Below are positions 19,439-29,713 of a stretch of 64,000 bases of DNA, piece after piece. The stretch's first letter is position 1, and every line of letters starts with the position of its first letter. Below the pieces are notes generated by a model. The model was given only the letters and a program-made list of their open reading frames with translations, was not told the origin of the DNA and made no database searches. The position numbers and the translations under genes were made by a program. Origin of the DNA: an uncultured Dehalococcoidales bacterium (lineage in GTDB: Bacteria > Chloroflexota > Dehalococcoidia > GIF9 > AB-539-J10); the NCBI GenBank assembly GCA_964652095.1, contig CAZZAC010000001.1:9258-73257 (forward strand). The letters run 5' to 3'.

Positions 19439-21664
19439 GTGAGTATAAAAAGCGATGGTTTGGAAGAAGCCGTAGAATCAGTGAAAGCTAAGAAGTCTGA
19501 GGAACGGATGGTTCCAACCATCTGTTCATTATGCGGCCCAATGCCGGGATGTGGACTAAACTGCTATGTTAAAGACGGCAGATTGATAAGAGTTGAGGGC
19601 ATGAAGGAGGCTCCTACGAACAAAGGAACATTGTGCCCCAAGGCATTCGCCTCCGTGCAGTGGGTTTATTCGCCGCAACGTCTCAGGTACCCTTTGAAGC
19701 GTGTTGGGAAGAAGGGTGAAGGTAAGTTCAAGAGGATCACCTGGGATGAAGCTCTTGATACTATTGCCAGCAGGCTCAGCGAACTCAAGGAAAAGCACGG
19801 GCCGGAATCTCTGGCTATTCTCGCGCCGGCGCGACGCAGCTATAGTGATTATTTACAGCGATTCCTAATTGCCCACGGAAGCCCAAATTATGGCCACAGT
19901 GGCCTCTGTTTTATACAGGCAGCTTTCGGGTTTGCCTATACTCTGGGATGGCCTTGGCTCAATAGGGTCGGTGCGGATTATGAGCATGCTAACCTGATTG
20001 TGGTATGGGGTGCTAACCCCGTCTATTCTGCAGGACCTCTGGGCAAACTGAGAAGAATTTTAGATGCCAAGGAGAGGGGTGCCAGGCTCATGGTGATTAA
20101 GCCTGAGATGCAGCCGGATGCGGCCAAGGCAGATATCTGGGTTCCTATCAGGCCCGGCACCGATGGTGCCTTGGCGCTGGCCATGCTGCATGTCATAATC
20201 AATGAGAACCTCTACGATGCAGACTTCGTCTCCAGGTGGTGCTACGGTTTCGATAAGCTTGTACCTCATATACAGAAATACACCCCGGAGTGGGCTGAGC
20301 CGATAACGGGACTACCGGCTGACCAGATAAGAGAAATCGCCGGGTTATATGGGACGATGAAGCCCGCATGTATTCTTGCCGGGAACGCATTCGACCAGAC
20401 GGCAGACTCCAATAACGCCGTACGGGCTGTGGCAATACTGATAGCCATAACAGGCAACCTCGACAGACCCGGTGGCAATATTGTGCCCACCGGAAGTAAT
20501 ATGCCCGAGGTGAAATCCGTACATCTCAGGGAGAGATATACGCAAGATTTTGTAGACAGGTTGGTAGGCCCGGAAATAGCCAGTTGTTTTCAGCCCTTCA
20601 TGGAGGGCACGTCTTCCGCTTATTACCGCTGTCTTGATAGCGTTCTCACCCGGGAGCCATACCCTGTCAGGGCGATAATCGCTCCCGGGACTCAGCCCAC
20701 GGTAATTACTCGTGGCAGCAAGAGGGTGGTGGAAGCGCTTGAGAAACTGGAATTCTTTGTGGTTATCGATGTGATGCAGAACTCGTCAATGCCCTGGGCT
20801 GATGTCGTTGTCCCTGTAGCCACTATGTATGAATGCGACCATCCTTTTGAAGTATCGGGTAACTGGATAATGGCGCGAAACAAGGTTATTGAGCCGCTGG
20901 GAGACTACAAGTCGGACTACGAGTTCTGGCTTGACCTGGCCGTCAAGATGGGGTACGGGGAGGACTTCTGGGACGGAAATATTGAGAAGTGCATGAACTA
21001 CCAGCTGGAGAATTTTGGCATGACCATAGAAGAGCTAAGGGCACATCCTACAGGTATTATTTATGAGCCAAAACCGATGGTTTACGAAAAGTATGAGAAA
21101 ATATTTGCCACTCCCAGTACTCGGTTTTCGAGGGCTCCTTATCTCCCTCAGGGCAAGGTGGCAATCTATAATACTACGTTCGAAGAGAATGGGTTCAATC
21201 CTCTGCCAGAATGGGTAGAGCCGCCCGAGAGTCCAACGGCTACACCGGAGCTCTTAGCGAGGTACCCTCTTGTCTTTTTTGACGCACATACTTCGGATGT
21301 TTATAACCAGGGGTGGTTACGTAATGTGCCTTATCTGCGCGAGATTCAACCTGACCCATGGATACACATTCACCCCGAGACAGCTAAGGCACGAGGGATA
21401 GAGAACGGTGACTGGGTAATTGTCGAATCACCGCATGGCTGGATAAAGGTAAAGGCTCTGTATTTCGACGGGATACGGCCGGACGTGGTTATGGGCCTCC
21501 ACGGATGGTGGCAGGGCTGCGATGAGCTGGGATTGCCAGGTTATCCGATACTGGATGGAGGCGCAAACGTAAACGTCATGTACAGTACTGACCCAGATAA
21601 AGCCTTTGACCCAATGGTAACCGCTATGCCCAAGCAGACCCTGGTCGAGGTACGAAAAGCATAG
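19439..21664 (+). CDS. molybdopterin (Mo/W-bisPGD) oxidoreductase catalytic subunit, apparently cytoplasmic
   Basis: 741 aa. N-terminal Cys cluster CSLCGPMPGCGLNC for a 4Fe-4S cluster; GTDGALALAM. No twin-arginine signal. GTG start. Confidence 0.8.
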   Translation: MSIKSDGLEEAVESVKAKKSEERMVPTICSLCGPMPGCGLNCYVKDGRLIRVEGMKEAPTNKGTLCPKAFASVQWVYSPQRLRYPLKRVGKKGEGKFKRITWDEALDTIASRLSELKEKHGPESLAILAPARRSYSDYLQRFLIAHGSPNYGHSGLCFIQAAFGFAYTLGWPWLNRVGADYEHANLIVVWGANPVYSAGPLGKLRRILDAKERGARLMVIKPEMQPDAAKADIWVPIRPGTDGALALAMLHVIINENLYDADFVSRWCYGFDKLVPHIQKYTPEWAEPITGLPADQIREIAGLYGTMKPACILAGNAFDQTADSNNAVRAVAILIAITGNLDRPGGNIVPTGSNMPEVKSVHLRERYTQDFVDRLVGPEIASCFQPFMEGTSSAYYRCLDSVLTREPYPVRAIIAPGTQPTVITRGSKRVVEALEKLEFFVVIDVMQNSSMPWADVVVPVATMYECDHPFEVSGNWIMARNKVIEPLGDYKSDYEFWLDLAVKMGYGEDFWDGNIEKCMNYQLENFGMTIEELRAHPTGIIYEPKPMVYEKYEKIFATPSTRFSRAPYLPQGKVAIYNTTFEENGFNPLPEWVEPPESPTATPELLARYPLVFFDAHTSDVYNQGWLRNVPYLREIQPDPWIHIHPETAKARGIENGDWVIVESPHGWIKVKALYFDGIRPDVVMGLHGWWQGCDELGLPGYPILDGGANVNVMYSTDPDKAFDPMVTAMPKQTLVEVRKA

Positions 21665-21723
21665 AGTTGCGGACCGGTAGCTAAGAACTACCGATCATAG
21701 TAAACGAAGAGGCGATATACGTA

Positions 21724-22266
21724 ATGGGAAAGCAATACGGCTTTTACTTTGATGCAGATAGGTGTGTCCAATGCCGCACCTGTGAAGTGGCATGCAAGAG
21801 CGTGCGTAATATAGAACCGGGAATAAACTGGATGCGAGTCGTCGAGATTTGGGGTGGCGTCTACCCAAACGTCACCAGAGCTTTTTTCGCCCTGGCCTGT
21901 ATGCACTGTGGTAAGCCGGCCTGCATTGAAGTCTGTCCCACCGGAGCTATAAGCAAACGGGCTGAGGATGGTATCGTCGTCGTTGACCGGGACAAATGCA
22001 ACGGTTGCCGGGACTGCTTCTCGGCATGTCCTTATGGTGTGCCCCAATTTGGTGACGATGGCATCATGCAGATGTGTGATTTCTGTACCGGGATGAATAT
22101 AGAGCCTGCCTGTGCGGTATGGTGCCCTACTGAAGCTCTCAATTTTGGTACCCTTGATGAGCTGTTGGAAATGGCAAAGGGGAAGGCGGCCAGGAGAATG
22201 GGCGGTCCTACCGAACCATCCATCATTGTTGTAGGTGAATTACCGCTTGCTAGCTTGGTTATCTGA
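21724..22266 (+). CDS. 4Fe-4S ferredoxin-type iron-sulfur subunit (DmsB-like)
   Basis: 180 aa with several CxxCxxC(xxx)CP motifs (CVQCRTCEVAC, CMHCGKPACIEVCP, CNGCRDCFSACP, CDFC...CP). Confidence 0.8.
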   Translation: MGKQYGFYFDADRCVQCRTCEVACKSVRNIEPGINWMRVVEIWGGVYPNVTRAFFALACMHCGKPACIEVCPTGAISKRAEDGIVVVDRDKCNGCRDCFSACPYGVPQFGDDGIMQMCDFCTGMNIEPACAVWCPTEALNFGTLDELLEMAKGKAARRMGGPTEPSIIVVGELPLASLVI

Positions 22267-22454
22267 TCATACCTTCTGACCAATTGTGTGTCAGGTCACA
22301 GTTCGCTAAGTCGTGCAATTGAAGCCGCTTGGTTGCTCCGTCGATGAGTTGGCACTTAACAAATAATAGGTATTGTGAAGCAAGTGGAAACAAGGATAGA
22401 CCAAGTATGATTCTTGTGTTAGAGTCAACACTAAAATACGACTAGGAGGAGATT

Positions 22455-23138
22455 ATGGATGTCATTGAAGCTATACGTACCAGAAGAAGTATCCGCGTTT
22501 TCAAGCCTGACCCTGTTCCAAAAAAGGTCTTGCAGGAGTTGTTGGATGTTAGTCGCTGGGCACCATCGGGAGGAAATGTCCAACCCTGGTATTTTGACGT
22601 TTTGGCAGGTAAATTGTTAGCTAAAGTAACAGCCCGACTTGTAGAGAAAGCAAAAACATGGGATGGCCATGACTATATGAACACCAAGCCAGACCTGCCC
22701 AGAACAGGTCCTTATTCTAAGCTTTTGATGCCAAGACGGCAATTGTTAAAAACAGTGCAGGACGCCATCCGCTACCCTCCAGGCACTAAAAATCTGGAAG
22801 CAAAGCAACTCGAGCACCGAGAGCACATGCTGCGCTTCTTTGACGCCCCCAGCGCAATAATTATTTGTGCCGATGACCGCGGCCCTACTTCCATAGTGAG
22901 TATCGGCGCAGTCACTCAAACTATCTGTCTGGCTGCCCTCACTTATGGTTTGGGTACATGTATTATGGGTATACCGGTCTTATGGCCTGAAATATTTCGG
23001 GAGTTGCTTAATATCCCCAAAGACAGGGCCATCGTAACATCAATAGCCATTGGCTATCCTGACCTCAGGGCTCCGATTAACACATTTCCACGACCCCGTG
23101 AACCATTAGATAATTTAGTCGAGTGGCATGGGTTGTGA
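22455..23138 (+). CDS. nitroreductase family protein
   Basis: 227 aa. AIRTRRSIRVF and WAPSGGNVQPW are FMN nitroreductase-fold motifs. Confidence 0.8.
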   Translation: MDVIEAIRTRRSIRVFKPDPVPKKVLQELLDVSRWAPSGGNVQPWYFDVLAGKLLAKVTARLVEKAKTWDGHDYMNTKPDLPRTGPYSKLLMPRRQLLKTVQDAIRYPPGTKNLEAKQLEHREHMLRFFDAPSAIIICADDRGPTSIVSIGAVTQTICLAALTYGLGTCIMGIPVLWPEIFRELLNIPKDRAIVTSIAIGYPDLRAPINTFPRPREPLDNLVEWHGL

Positions 23139-23336
23139 ACTGATTAACTACCTTTGCTAATGTTCAGTGGTCCAAGTAGCGAAAGGCTACAATCTGAGTG
23201 TTTGTGTAATTTGCCGAATTGCACAAAAGTCAGTATTGTTGGGTCGCTTTCCGGTGTTTCGTTTAGACAAGCCATTGACTAGTCTATTATCTTGATGTTA
23301 TTCTCAGAAACAAATCTTAGGCGCAAGGAGGTTAAA

Positions 23337-23474
23337 ATGCAGGCATATTGTATGAAATGCAGAAAAAAGGTTGAGATCAAGAATCCAAAGGCTATCACAA
23401 TGAAGAACAAACGTCGGGCGACTCAAGGTGTATGCCCGAGGTGCGGGACTAAGGTGTTTCGCATAGGTAAGTAG
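23337..23474 (+). CDS. small zinc-ribbon protein (DUF5679-like)
   Basis: ORF 23292..23474. Start moved to MQAYCMKCRKK, which has a strong AAGGAGG RBS 7 nt upstream. Two CxxC pairs (CMKC ... CPRC). Confidence 0.5.
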   Translation: MQAYCMKCRKKVEIKNPKAITMKNKRRATQGVCPRCGTKVFRIGK

Positions 23475-23594
23475 ATCCGGCAATCTTGGAATAGGGGCCT
23501 CACCAAGTAGCCCTCATAATATTGATAATAAAACTGGCTGCCAGTCGGCTAAACGTTTTGGCTGATTGCTACCCGACGACTCTGAGGCAAGGAC

Positions 23595-26500
23595 TTACGC
23601 CTTCAGTATCTCTTTCTGCCTCAATGCCCGCTCCAGCCAAGGCTGCATCTTCATGTCCTGGAACTCTTTGATGGCGAAGTCCAGATGCTCTAAGGCCTCC
23701 CTTTTCTCATCCGGGTAATGCTCCAACAGTAACTCGGCAAACTGGAGGCGGGTGAGCGCCAGCTCCGGGCGGAACCTCATCTCGGTGCAGACCTTGATGG
23801 CTTCCCCGTAATGCTCGCGGGCTTCTTCATACCTGCCCAGTAGAGCGGCTGCCGCACCCAGATGGCGAGCCACACAGGTCGGATTTGACAAGCCCGTTGT
23901 CTTGTACGTGGCACCCACAAGCAGGTTCGAGAGAATCTCCGCCGCTCGCGTATGCTTCGCCAGCACCGCCGTCTCCAGCAGGAGTATCAGGGCTCCGAAC
24001 GTGTGCCTGGTTCTCTCCGGCTCAGCGGCGTAGTGGTTTCCAGCCTCGCCGAGTATAGATTCAACCTCTTCCCTCTCTCCCTCACATACGAGATAGTAGG
24101 CCCTTGTATGCGCGGGTACAGGCACAGAAAGGCTGGCTGCTTGCGCCCACTCCTCCAAACGTCTCAGTTCCTCTCGGCCCCGGCCGAGATATCCACTCAA
24201 GCGAGGCCCAAAGGAGGTAGCCATGACTGCTGCAGTTAGTGGTGCACCCATCTCAGCACCGAGCCTTAGCACATCGTCATGGCATTTTGCCGCTTCCTCA
24301 AGCTGCCCGTCCATGATGTGATAGCAGCCACGTAGATACTGGAAAAGATACTGACGGGCCGGCATTCTCGCCAACCGTGCCGACTCCATTTCCTCGCGAT
24401 GGATTGCCTCGCCCTGTTCTCGTTCACCCAGACTGAGGAAGAAAGAACCTGCCATCTCCATTCCATAGGCCATAGAAAAGGGATCAGCTCTATCCCAGGC
24501 CTGCCTCATCTCACCTGCTATTTGGCGTGCCTCTTCGACATATTCAACAGTGGGCGGACAAAACCACAAATAATCTCCCCCGCAATTAACAAACGCGCTG
24601 GCATCTCCCAACTTGCGTGCCAGAAGCGTACTTTCGTGGAATAGCGCCCACGCTCCAGTGAAATCGCCGGCTGCTACTTTCGTTCCTGCGATAGCACTAT
24701 TCGCCCAGGCACGCTCGATAGTGTCGGGGGAAGCATAACGGTCGAATGCTTCTGTCCACCTCATCGCCTCGGATGTACCGAAACCGGGACCCAACCCGGC
24801 ACCTGATATAGCGGCTGTGGCAAGCAGGCAAGCCTGGCAGGCACGCTGGATATCTCCTGCTCCTTCTGCTAACGCCAACGCCGCGCGCGCCTCGTTTTCC
24901 ATGATGTGTCGGTACTCATGATCGTAGAAACGTGCCCAGCCAAGTGCCAGCGAAAGGTCACATCGCTTCAGCTTCTCCTCAGGGTCGAGGACTTCCTGTA
25001 CTTTGAGGGCCTGTTCAAGCAATCTCACAGCTTCTCCATACGAGTAAACATCGGTGGCTCTTTTGGCTGCCATCTCCCCGTAGCTGACCGCTTTCTCTAA
25101 GTCAGCTCTATCTGATGAGTAAGAAAAGTGCTCGGCAAGCTCAGCCGCATGCTGCTCCAGTCTGTTGTTGTATACCTCTTCCAACGCCCGCGCCACCTGC
25201 TGGTGCAGCCGTATTCGCCTGGGAGCAATTGTCTCCTCATAAAGCGTCTGGCGGAAGAAGGCATGCGCAAAGCGGTAGTGCACCTTCGCCCCTACCCCCG
25301 TCCGCTCCTCGATTACCGCCACCTTCCTGGCTTCCTCCAGTGCCTCACAAAGCTCGTCATCAGTCATGCCAGCCACCTTCTGTAGCACTTCCATCTGGAA
25401 GTCCCTGCCGATTACCGCGGCTACGGAAAGCACCTTATTGCACGACTCACTCAGGCCAGAAAGACGTTTACCGATAACATCCCTCAAGCCATCGGGAATC
25501 CGCATCTCCACCGGCGTATCACTCTTGGCCCGCCACCGTCCTTCCTCCCTCTCAATAATGCCTTCTTCGGCCAGATACCGTACGACCTCCTGCACAAAGA
25601 GAGGGTTGCCTTCCGTCTGGCGGTGCACTGCTTCGGCCAGTCCCCAGGGAACATCCTGCCCGGCAATACCGGACATCATTCTCCTCACTTCATCGGCATT
25701 CAGTCCTCGGAGCAGAACCCGCCCGAAGTGGGGCAGTCGCCTCAATTCAGCCAGGGCAGCGGAAAGAGGATGTGTTCTGTCAACTTCAATATCGCGGTAG
25801 GTACCCACCAGCAGCAATCTTCTGTCGCCCAGGTTGCGGGCCACATGCTCCAGCATCTCTAATGTGCCCCTGTCGGCACTGTGCAGGTCTTCAAGTACTA
25901 TTAGCAATGGCTGCGCTGCTGCGGCACTGCCCAGGAAGTCGCTGACCGCCTGTAAAAGCCGGTATCTCTCCTCTTCCGGATCTCCCTTAGGCCTCGGCTG
26001 TATCCTCAGCCTCTCCCTGACCTCCGACACGATTCGGGCCACATCCGGTGCCCCGGGTCCCAATTCCTTCCTCAGTCTATTGATATCGCCAGTCTGAGCA
26101 TAAGCTCTTAACGCCTCTACAAAGGCCAGATAGGGCAGTGAAAGCGAGCCCTCCTCATAACAGTGACCCACCAGCACCCGCCCATTCCGTAAGGAAACAT
26201 AGGTGGCCAGCTGTTCACAGAGAGCGGTCTTACCAATGCCCGGCTCACCCACTACCATGGTCAGTGAGCCATGCCCCGATGTCGCAGCATCAAAGGCCGA
26301 CTGGAGCTGACGTAACTCCGCTTCCCTGCCCACGAATACCCGCCGGTAGAGGGGGTTCTCCGCCAGTGCCTTTGACTGTTCGGTGGAGAGCTCTTCCACT
26401 TTCCCTGCTTCAATAGCTTCCAACATCTCCAGCACCTCGGTAGCTGAGGCAGGCCGTTTCTGCGGGTCCTTCTCCAGTAGCCTCATTATGAGTGCCGCCA

Positions 26501-27422
26501 ACGCCGGAGGCAGGTTGGGTCGGTGCCAGTTGGGCGACACCGGTGGCGTATTGATATGCTGTCCGATAACCGCCACCACATCATCACCCGTGAAGGGTGG
26601 CCTCCCCGTCACCATCTCGTAGAGCATTGCCCCCAGTGAATAAAGATCAGCCTTAGCCGTGATTTCACCGCCCATGGCCTGCTCCGGCGGCATGTAGTAA
26701 TACGTGCCCACCATCATGCCCTCGTTGGTGAGGCGAGATAGGTCGGCGGCGAGAGCCAGACCGAAATCGCCGACCTTGGCCGTGCCATCGCCACTCAGCC
26801 AGACATTGCCGGGCTTGATATCCCTGTGGATGATGCCTTTGGCGTGGGCATACTCCAGGCCCCGGCAGACGGCCTTGGCAATACCGATTGCCTGCTCGAT
26901 GGGTAGGCAGCGTTCCGGGGCTTTCTCAATAAGATTCTCCACATCCCCGCCGGGCATGAGAGGCAGAACAATATAGGGCTGGCCCTTTTCATCACCCATA
27001 TCGTGTATGGTCATGACATTGGGATGGTCGCCAAGCCGGCCCATGACCTGGGCTTCCCGGCTGACGCGCAGGCGAGTGACGTCATCCAGTTTCTCCGTAT
27101 TTATCAAAGCAAAGGCCACATCCCGGTCCAGCACATTATCATGGACAAGGTAGACCTTCTTCTTACCGCCCTCCCCGAGGAACTTCTTCACCTGGTAACG
27201 GCCATTGGCAAAGGAGGTGGGCATAGGAGAGGGTGGGGTCGGTAATGCCGAAGGTGTTGGTACCAGAGGCTGACCACATTTCTCACAGAAGGTACTATCA
27301 GGGCTGTTCGGATGCTGACAGTTTTTGCAGACAAGCTCAGCCTGAAGAGATTGACCGCATTTCTTGCAGTATTGGGCGCCATCACGGTTGTTAGTCTGAC
27401 ACTTCGGGCACTTCATCACCAA
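23595..27422 (-). CDS. PknK-like STAND protein: N-terminal zinc ribbons + Ser/Thr protein kinase + AAA/NB-ARC-like ATPase + TPR-like region
   Basis: 1275 aa. Four Cys pairs in two CxxC-x15-17-CxxC units (CPKC..CKKC, CKNC..CEKC); kinase motifs HRDIKPGN and DFGLA; Walker A GEPGIGKT; long helical C-terminus. Local GC is visibly higher than the flanking DNA. Confidence 0.85.
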   Translation of the reverse strand: MVMKCPKCQTNNRDGAQYCKKCGQSLQAELVCKNCQHPNSPDSTFCEKCGQPLVPTPSALPTPPSPMPTSFANGRYQVKKFLGEGGKKKVYLVHDNVLDRDVAFALINTEKLDDVTRLRVSREAQVMGRLGDHPNVMTIHDMGDEKGQPYIVLPLMPGGDVENLIEKAPERCLPIEQAIGIAKAVCRGLEYAHAKGIIHRDIKPGNVWLSGDGTAKVGDFGLALAADLSRLTNEGMMVGTYYYMPPEQAMGGEITAKADLYSLGAMLYEMVTGRPPFTGDDVVAVIGQHINTPPVSPNWHRPNLPPALAALIMRLLEKDPQKRPASATEVLEMLEAIEAGKVEELSTEQSKALAENPLYRRVFVGREAELRQLQSAFDAATSGHGSLTMVVGEPGIGKTALCEQLATYVSLRNGRVLVGHCYEEGSLSLPYLAFVEALRAYAQTGDINRLRKELGPGAPDVARIVSEVRERLRIQPRPKGDPEEERYRLLQAVSDFLGSAAAAQPLLIVLEDLHSADRGTLEMLEHVARNLGDRRLLLVGTYRDIEVDRTHPLSAALAELRRLPHFGRVLLRGLNADEVRRMMSGIAGQDVPWGLAEAVHRQTEGNPLFVQEVVRYLAEEGIIEREEGRWRAKSDTPVEMRIPDGLRDVIGKRLSGLSESCNKVLSVAAVIGRDFQMEVLQKVAGMTDDELCEALEEARKVAVIEERTGVGAKVHYRFAHAFFRQTLYEETIAPRRIRLHQQVARALEEVYNNRLEQHAAELAEHFSYSSDRADLEKAVSYGEMAAKRATDVYSYGEAVRLLEQALKVQEVLDPEEKLKRCDLSLALGWARFYDHEYRHIMENEARAALALAEGAGDIQRACQACLLATAAISGAGLGPGFGTSEAMRWTEAFDRYASPDTIERAWANSAIAGTKVAAGDFTGAWALFHESTLLARKLGDASAFVNCGGDYLWFCPPTVEYVEEARQIAGEMRQAWDRADPFSMAYGMEMAGSFFLSLGEREQGEAIHREEMESARLARMPARQYLFQYLRGCYHIMDGQLEEAAKCHDDVLRLGAEMGAPLTAAVMATSFGPRLSGYLGRGREELRRLEEWAQAASLSVPVPAHTRAYYLVCEGEREEVESILGEAGNHYAAEPERTRHTFGALILLLETAVLAKHTRAAEILSNLLVGATYKTTGLSNPTCVARHLGAAAALLGRYEEAREHYGEAIKVCTEMRFRPELALTRLQFAELLLEHYPDEKREALEHLDFAIKEFQDMKMQPWLERALRQKEILKA

Positions 27423-27588
27423 TACCCTTCCACCGTGCTACAGTCTATGACCCTCGGGCAGGGATGTCAAGCCCTGCTGGGTTTAACAAAATGACGAAAT
27501 GTTACATCAGCCTCATAGGAATTCCCGAGGCACTTCGCTGTATCCACACCAGGGGGCATTCCACAAGAGCGACTGGGATGTGTTACTC

Positions 27589-28197
27589 TTATCCTCCTTC
27601 AGCGGCTTTACCTCTCCCATAAGCTGCCGGAAACTTCATGCGATGGTATGGAGATAGGAGAACAGCGCCTGGATTATTGCCGGTGACCATGTCTTTAGCT
27701 ACAACATAGGTGACAGGAGCCTTTGAATGCATTATGAAAATAGTATCATGTCCGACGCAGAGACCATATATGAAGTTCAGTTCCGTACCCTCTCGATTCA
27801 GAATCTCTGCTTGGGCTATGGGATTGCAGCTTATGCCTAGTGGGTTTACCCATTCATCAGGTATTCCCGTCTCCTGAGGTTTCAGACCACCTACCATACA
27901 GGCTATAGAGATAACCTGAAAACCGGCGCTATCTAGGAAGCGGGCAAATTCTCGGCCCTCCCGGATTAAGCCCACACATACAGCCAATCCTACCTTTTTG
28001 ACACCCAGTTCCCTGGCGAACTCGATGCACTGTTGGACTCGAGACCAATCATAGCCCCCTTTTTTGAGCACTTTGGCTGCAGCTAAATGGAACTTGTCGG
28101 CATCGGGCTCAAGATATTGTCGTTTACTTTCTTCGATTATTTCAGGGAATCTTTGTGCCTGACAATACTCAGGGATTCCATGGGGATACTGCGCCAA
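27589..28197 (-). CDS. DUF1847 domain-containing metal-binding protein
   Basis: 202 aa. Family-level match. No in-frame ATG at the start (see findings). Confidence 0.6.
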   Translation of the reverse strand: MAQYPHGIPEYCQAQRFPEIIEESKRQYLEPDADKFHLAAAKVLKKGGYDWSRVQQCIEFARELGVKKVGLAVCVGLIREGREFARFLDSAGFQVISIACMVGGLKPQETGIPDEWVNPLGISCNPIAQAEILNREGTELNFIYGLCVGHDTIFIMHSKAPVTYVVAKDMVTGNNPGAVLLSPYHRMKFPAAYGRGKAAEGG

Positions 28198-28483
28198 ACA
28201 CTCGTTGTTTTTGCACTGGTGACACTGGATTGTTTTAGCTTCTTTAGCTATTTCCCCTCCTTACCAGCTAAATACACGCGATGTGGTCATTTGAGTATAT
28301 TAACAGGTTATTTAGAAACCTCAACCACCCCATTCACTGCCAGGATTGATTCTATACTTCAGTTCTGGTTAATGTAAATTAGCGCAATGAGGCGGTTCAA
28401 TAATTGGCTTAGGAGTTCAGTCACCTGGTCGCCCTGAATATCCTTCAATCGCACAAAATGTAGTATAATGCTTAGAACATAAT

Positions 28484-29515
28484 ATGTCACAAGTAAGAGC
28501 AGGCGTAATAAATGTCACCGGGTACATTGGTGCCGAACTGGCTCGTTTACTTTGCCAACATCCCCAAGTAGAGCTCGTCACTGTTACCGGGAGAAGCGCA
28601 GCCGGGCAAAAATTAGGCGATGTTTTCCCCAACTTCGCGGGAACCGACTATATAATAAAAGCCGAGCTTGACAGCGAAATCGACATCGCCTTCTCAGCAA
28701 TGCCTCATAAAAGCAGTGTAGATGTAGTACCATCTTTGCTAAAACAAGGCATCAGGGTCGTCGATGCCAGTGCTGATTTCAGGTTAAAGAACGCTGGCGA
28801 ATATCCCAAATGGTATGGATTTACTCATCCATCGCCCAAGTTACTGAGAGAGGCAGTTTTTGGCTTACCCGAGCTACATCAAAATGAAATTGCCTCAGCC
28901 TCTCTGGTAGCAAACCCGGGTTGCTATAGCACCGGTGCTATCTTGGCCCTGGCACCCATAGTCAAAGAAGGGTTTATTTATCCTGATATAGTGGTGGATA
29001 GCAAATCAGGCGTCTCGGGCGCCGGCAGAACCCTGAGCCTGACAACTCATTATTCTGAGGCCAACGAGGATGTCTGTGCCTACTCCCTTGAAGGGCATCG
29101 CCACTTGCCCGAAATAGAACAGGAATTGAAAACACTCAATCCATCATTTTCTTCCCCGATAACCTTCGTGGCTCACCTGGTGCCCATGACCAGAGGCATA
29201 TTTAGTACCTGCTATGCCAAATTAACTGATAGCCGTCGGCTGACAGCTGACAGCTTGAACCAGATATACCGGGAATTCTACAAGCATGCCCCCTTTGTTC
29301 AAATAACAACCCAGCCTCCCCATACCAAACATGTCTGGGGAACCAACTTTTGCCTTATTTATCCCACTATTGATTTAAAGACAGACAGGCTTATAGTTAT
29401 TAGCTGTCTGGACAACCTCGTCAAGGGAGGGGCTGGGCAAGCAGTGCAAAATATGAATCTGATGTTTAACCTGCCTGAGACCACAGGGCTGGAAGCCTTA
29501 GCCATTTACCCTTGA
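28484..29515 (+). CDS. argC: N-acetyl-gamma-glutamyl-phosphate reductase
   Basis: 343 aa. GVINVTGYIGAELARLL and the catalytic Cys in NPGCYSTG. Confidence 0.9.
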   Translation: MSQVRAGVINVTGYIGAELARLLCQHPQVELVTVTGRSAAGQKLGDVFPNFAGTDYIIKAELDSEIDIAFSAMPHKSSVDVVPSLLKQGIRVVDASADFRLKNAGEYPKWYGFTHPSPKLLREAVFGLPELHQNEIASASLVANPGCYSTGAILALAPIVKEGFIYPDIVVDSKSGVSGAGRTLSLTTHYSEANEDVCAYSLEGHRHLPEIEQELKTLNPSFSSPITFVAHLVPMTRGIFSTCYAKLTDSRRLTADSLNQIYREFYKHAPFVQITTQPPHTKHVWGTNFCLIYPTIDLKTDRLIVISCLDNLVKGGAGQAVQNMNLMFNLPETTGLEALAIYP

Positions 29516-29713
29516 AATGTGCAGGATTATTCCTCCGCCGGAACCACTTTGGTTATGAGCCCCATTTCAGCTGCTTCTGTTCCGCTGATTCTTTGCCGCT
29601 AAACAGGATATCCATTGCTCTTTTTTGAGATCACTGTTATGGACGTGGCAAACATCATGCCCTTTTCAAACACCATTCACGCCATCATTTCATTACGTCA
29701 CGAGAATATTTTG

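Noticed and set aside
23952-27494. Many 60-144 aa ORFs on both strands inside the STAND kinase gene (e.g. 25115..25477, 25366..25800, 26138..26416)
   Set aside because: They are artefacts of the elevated GC of this gene (few stop codons in any frame). All overlap the single 1275-aa kinase ORF, which carries coherent domain motifs.
28087-28377. 96-aa plus-strand ORF overlapping the DUF1847 start region
   Set aside because: It overlaps the likely N-terminal extension of the DUF1847 gene on the opposite strand, and it has no RBS or recognisable features.
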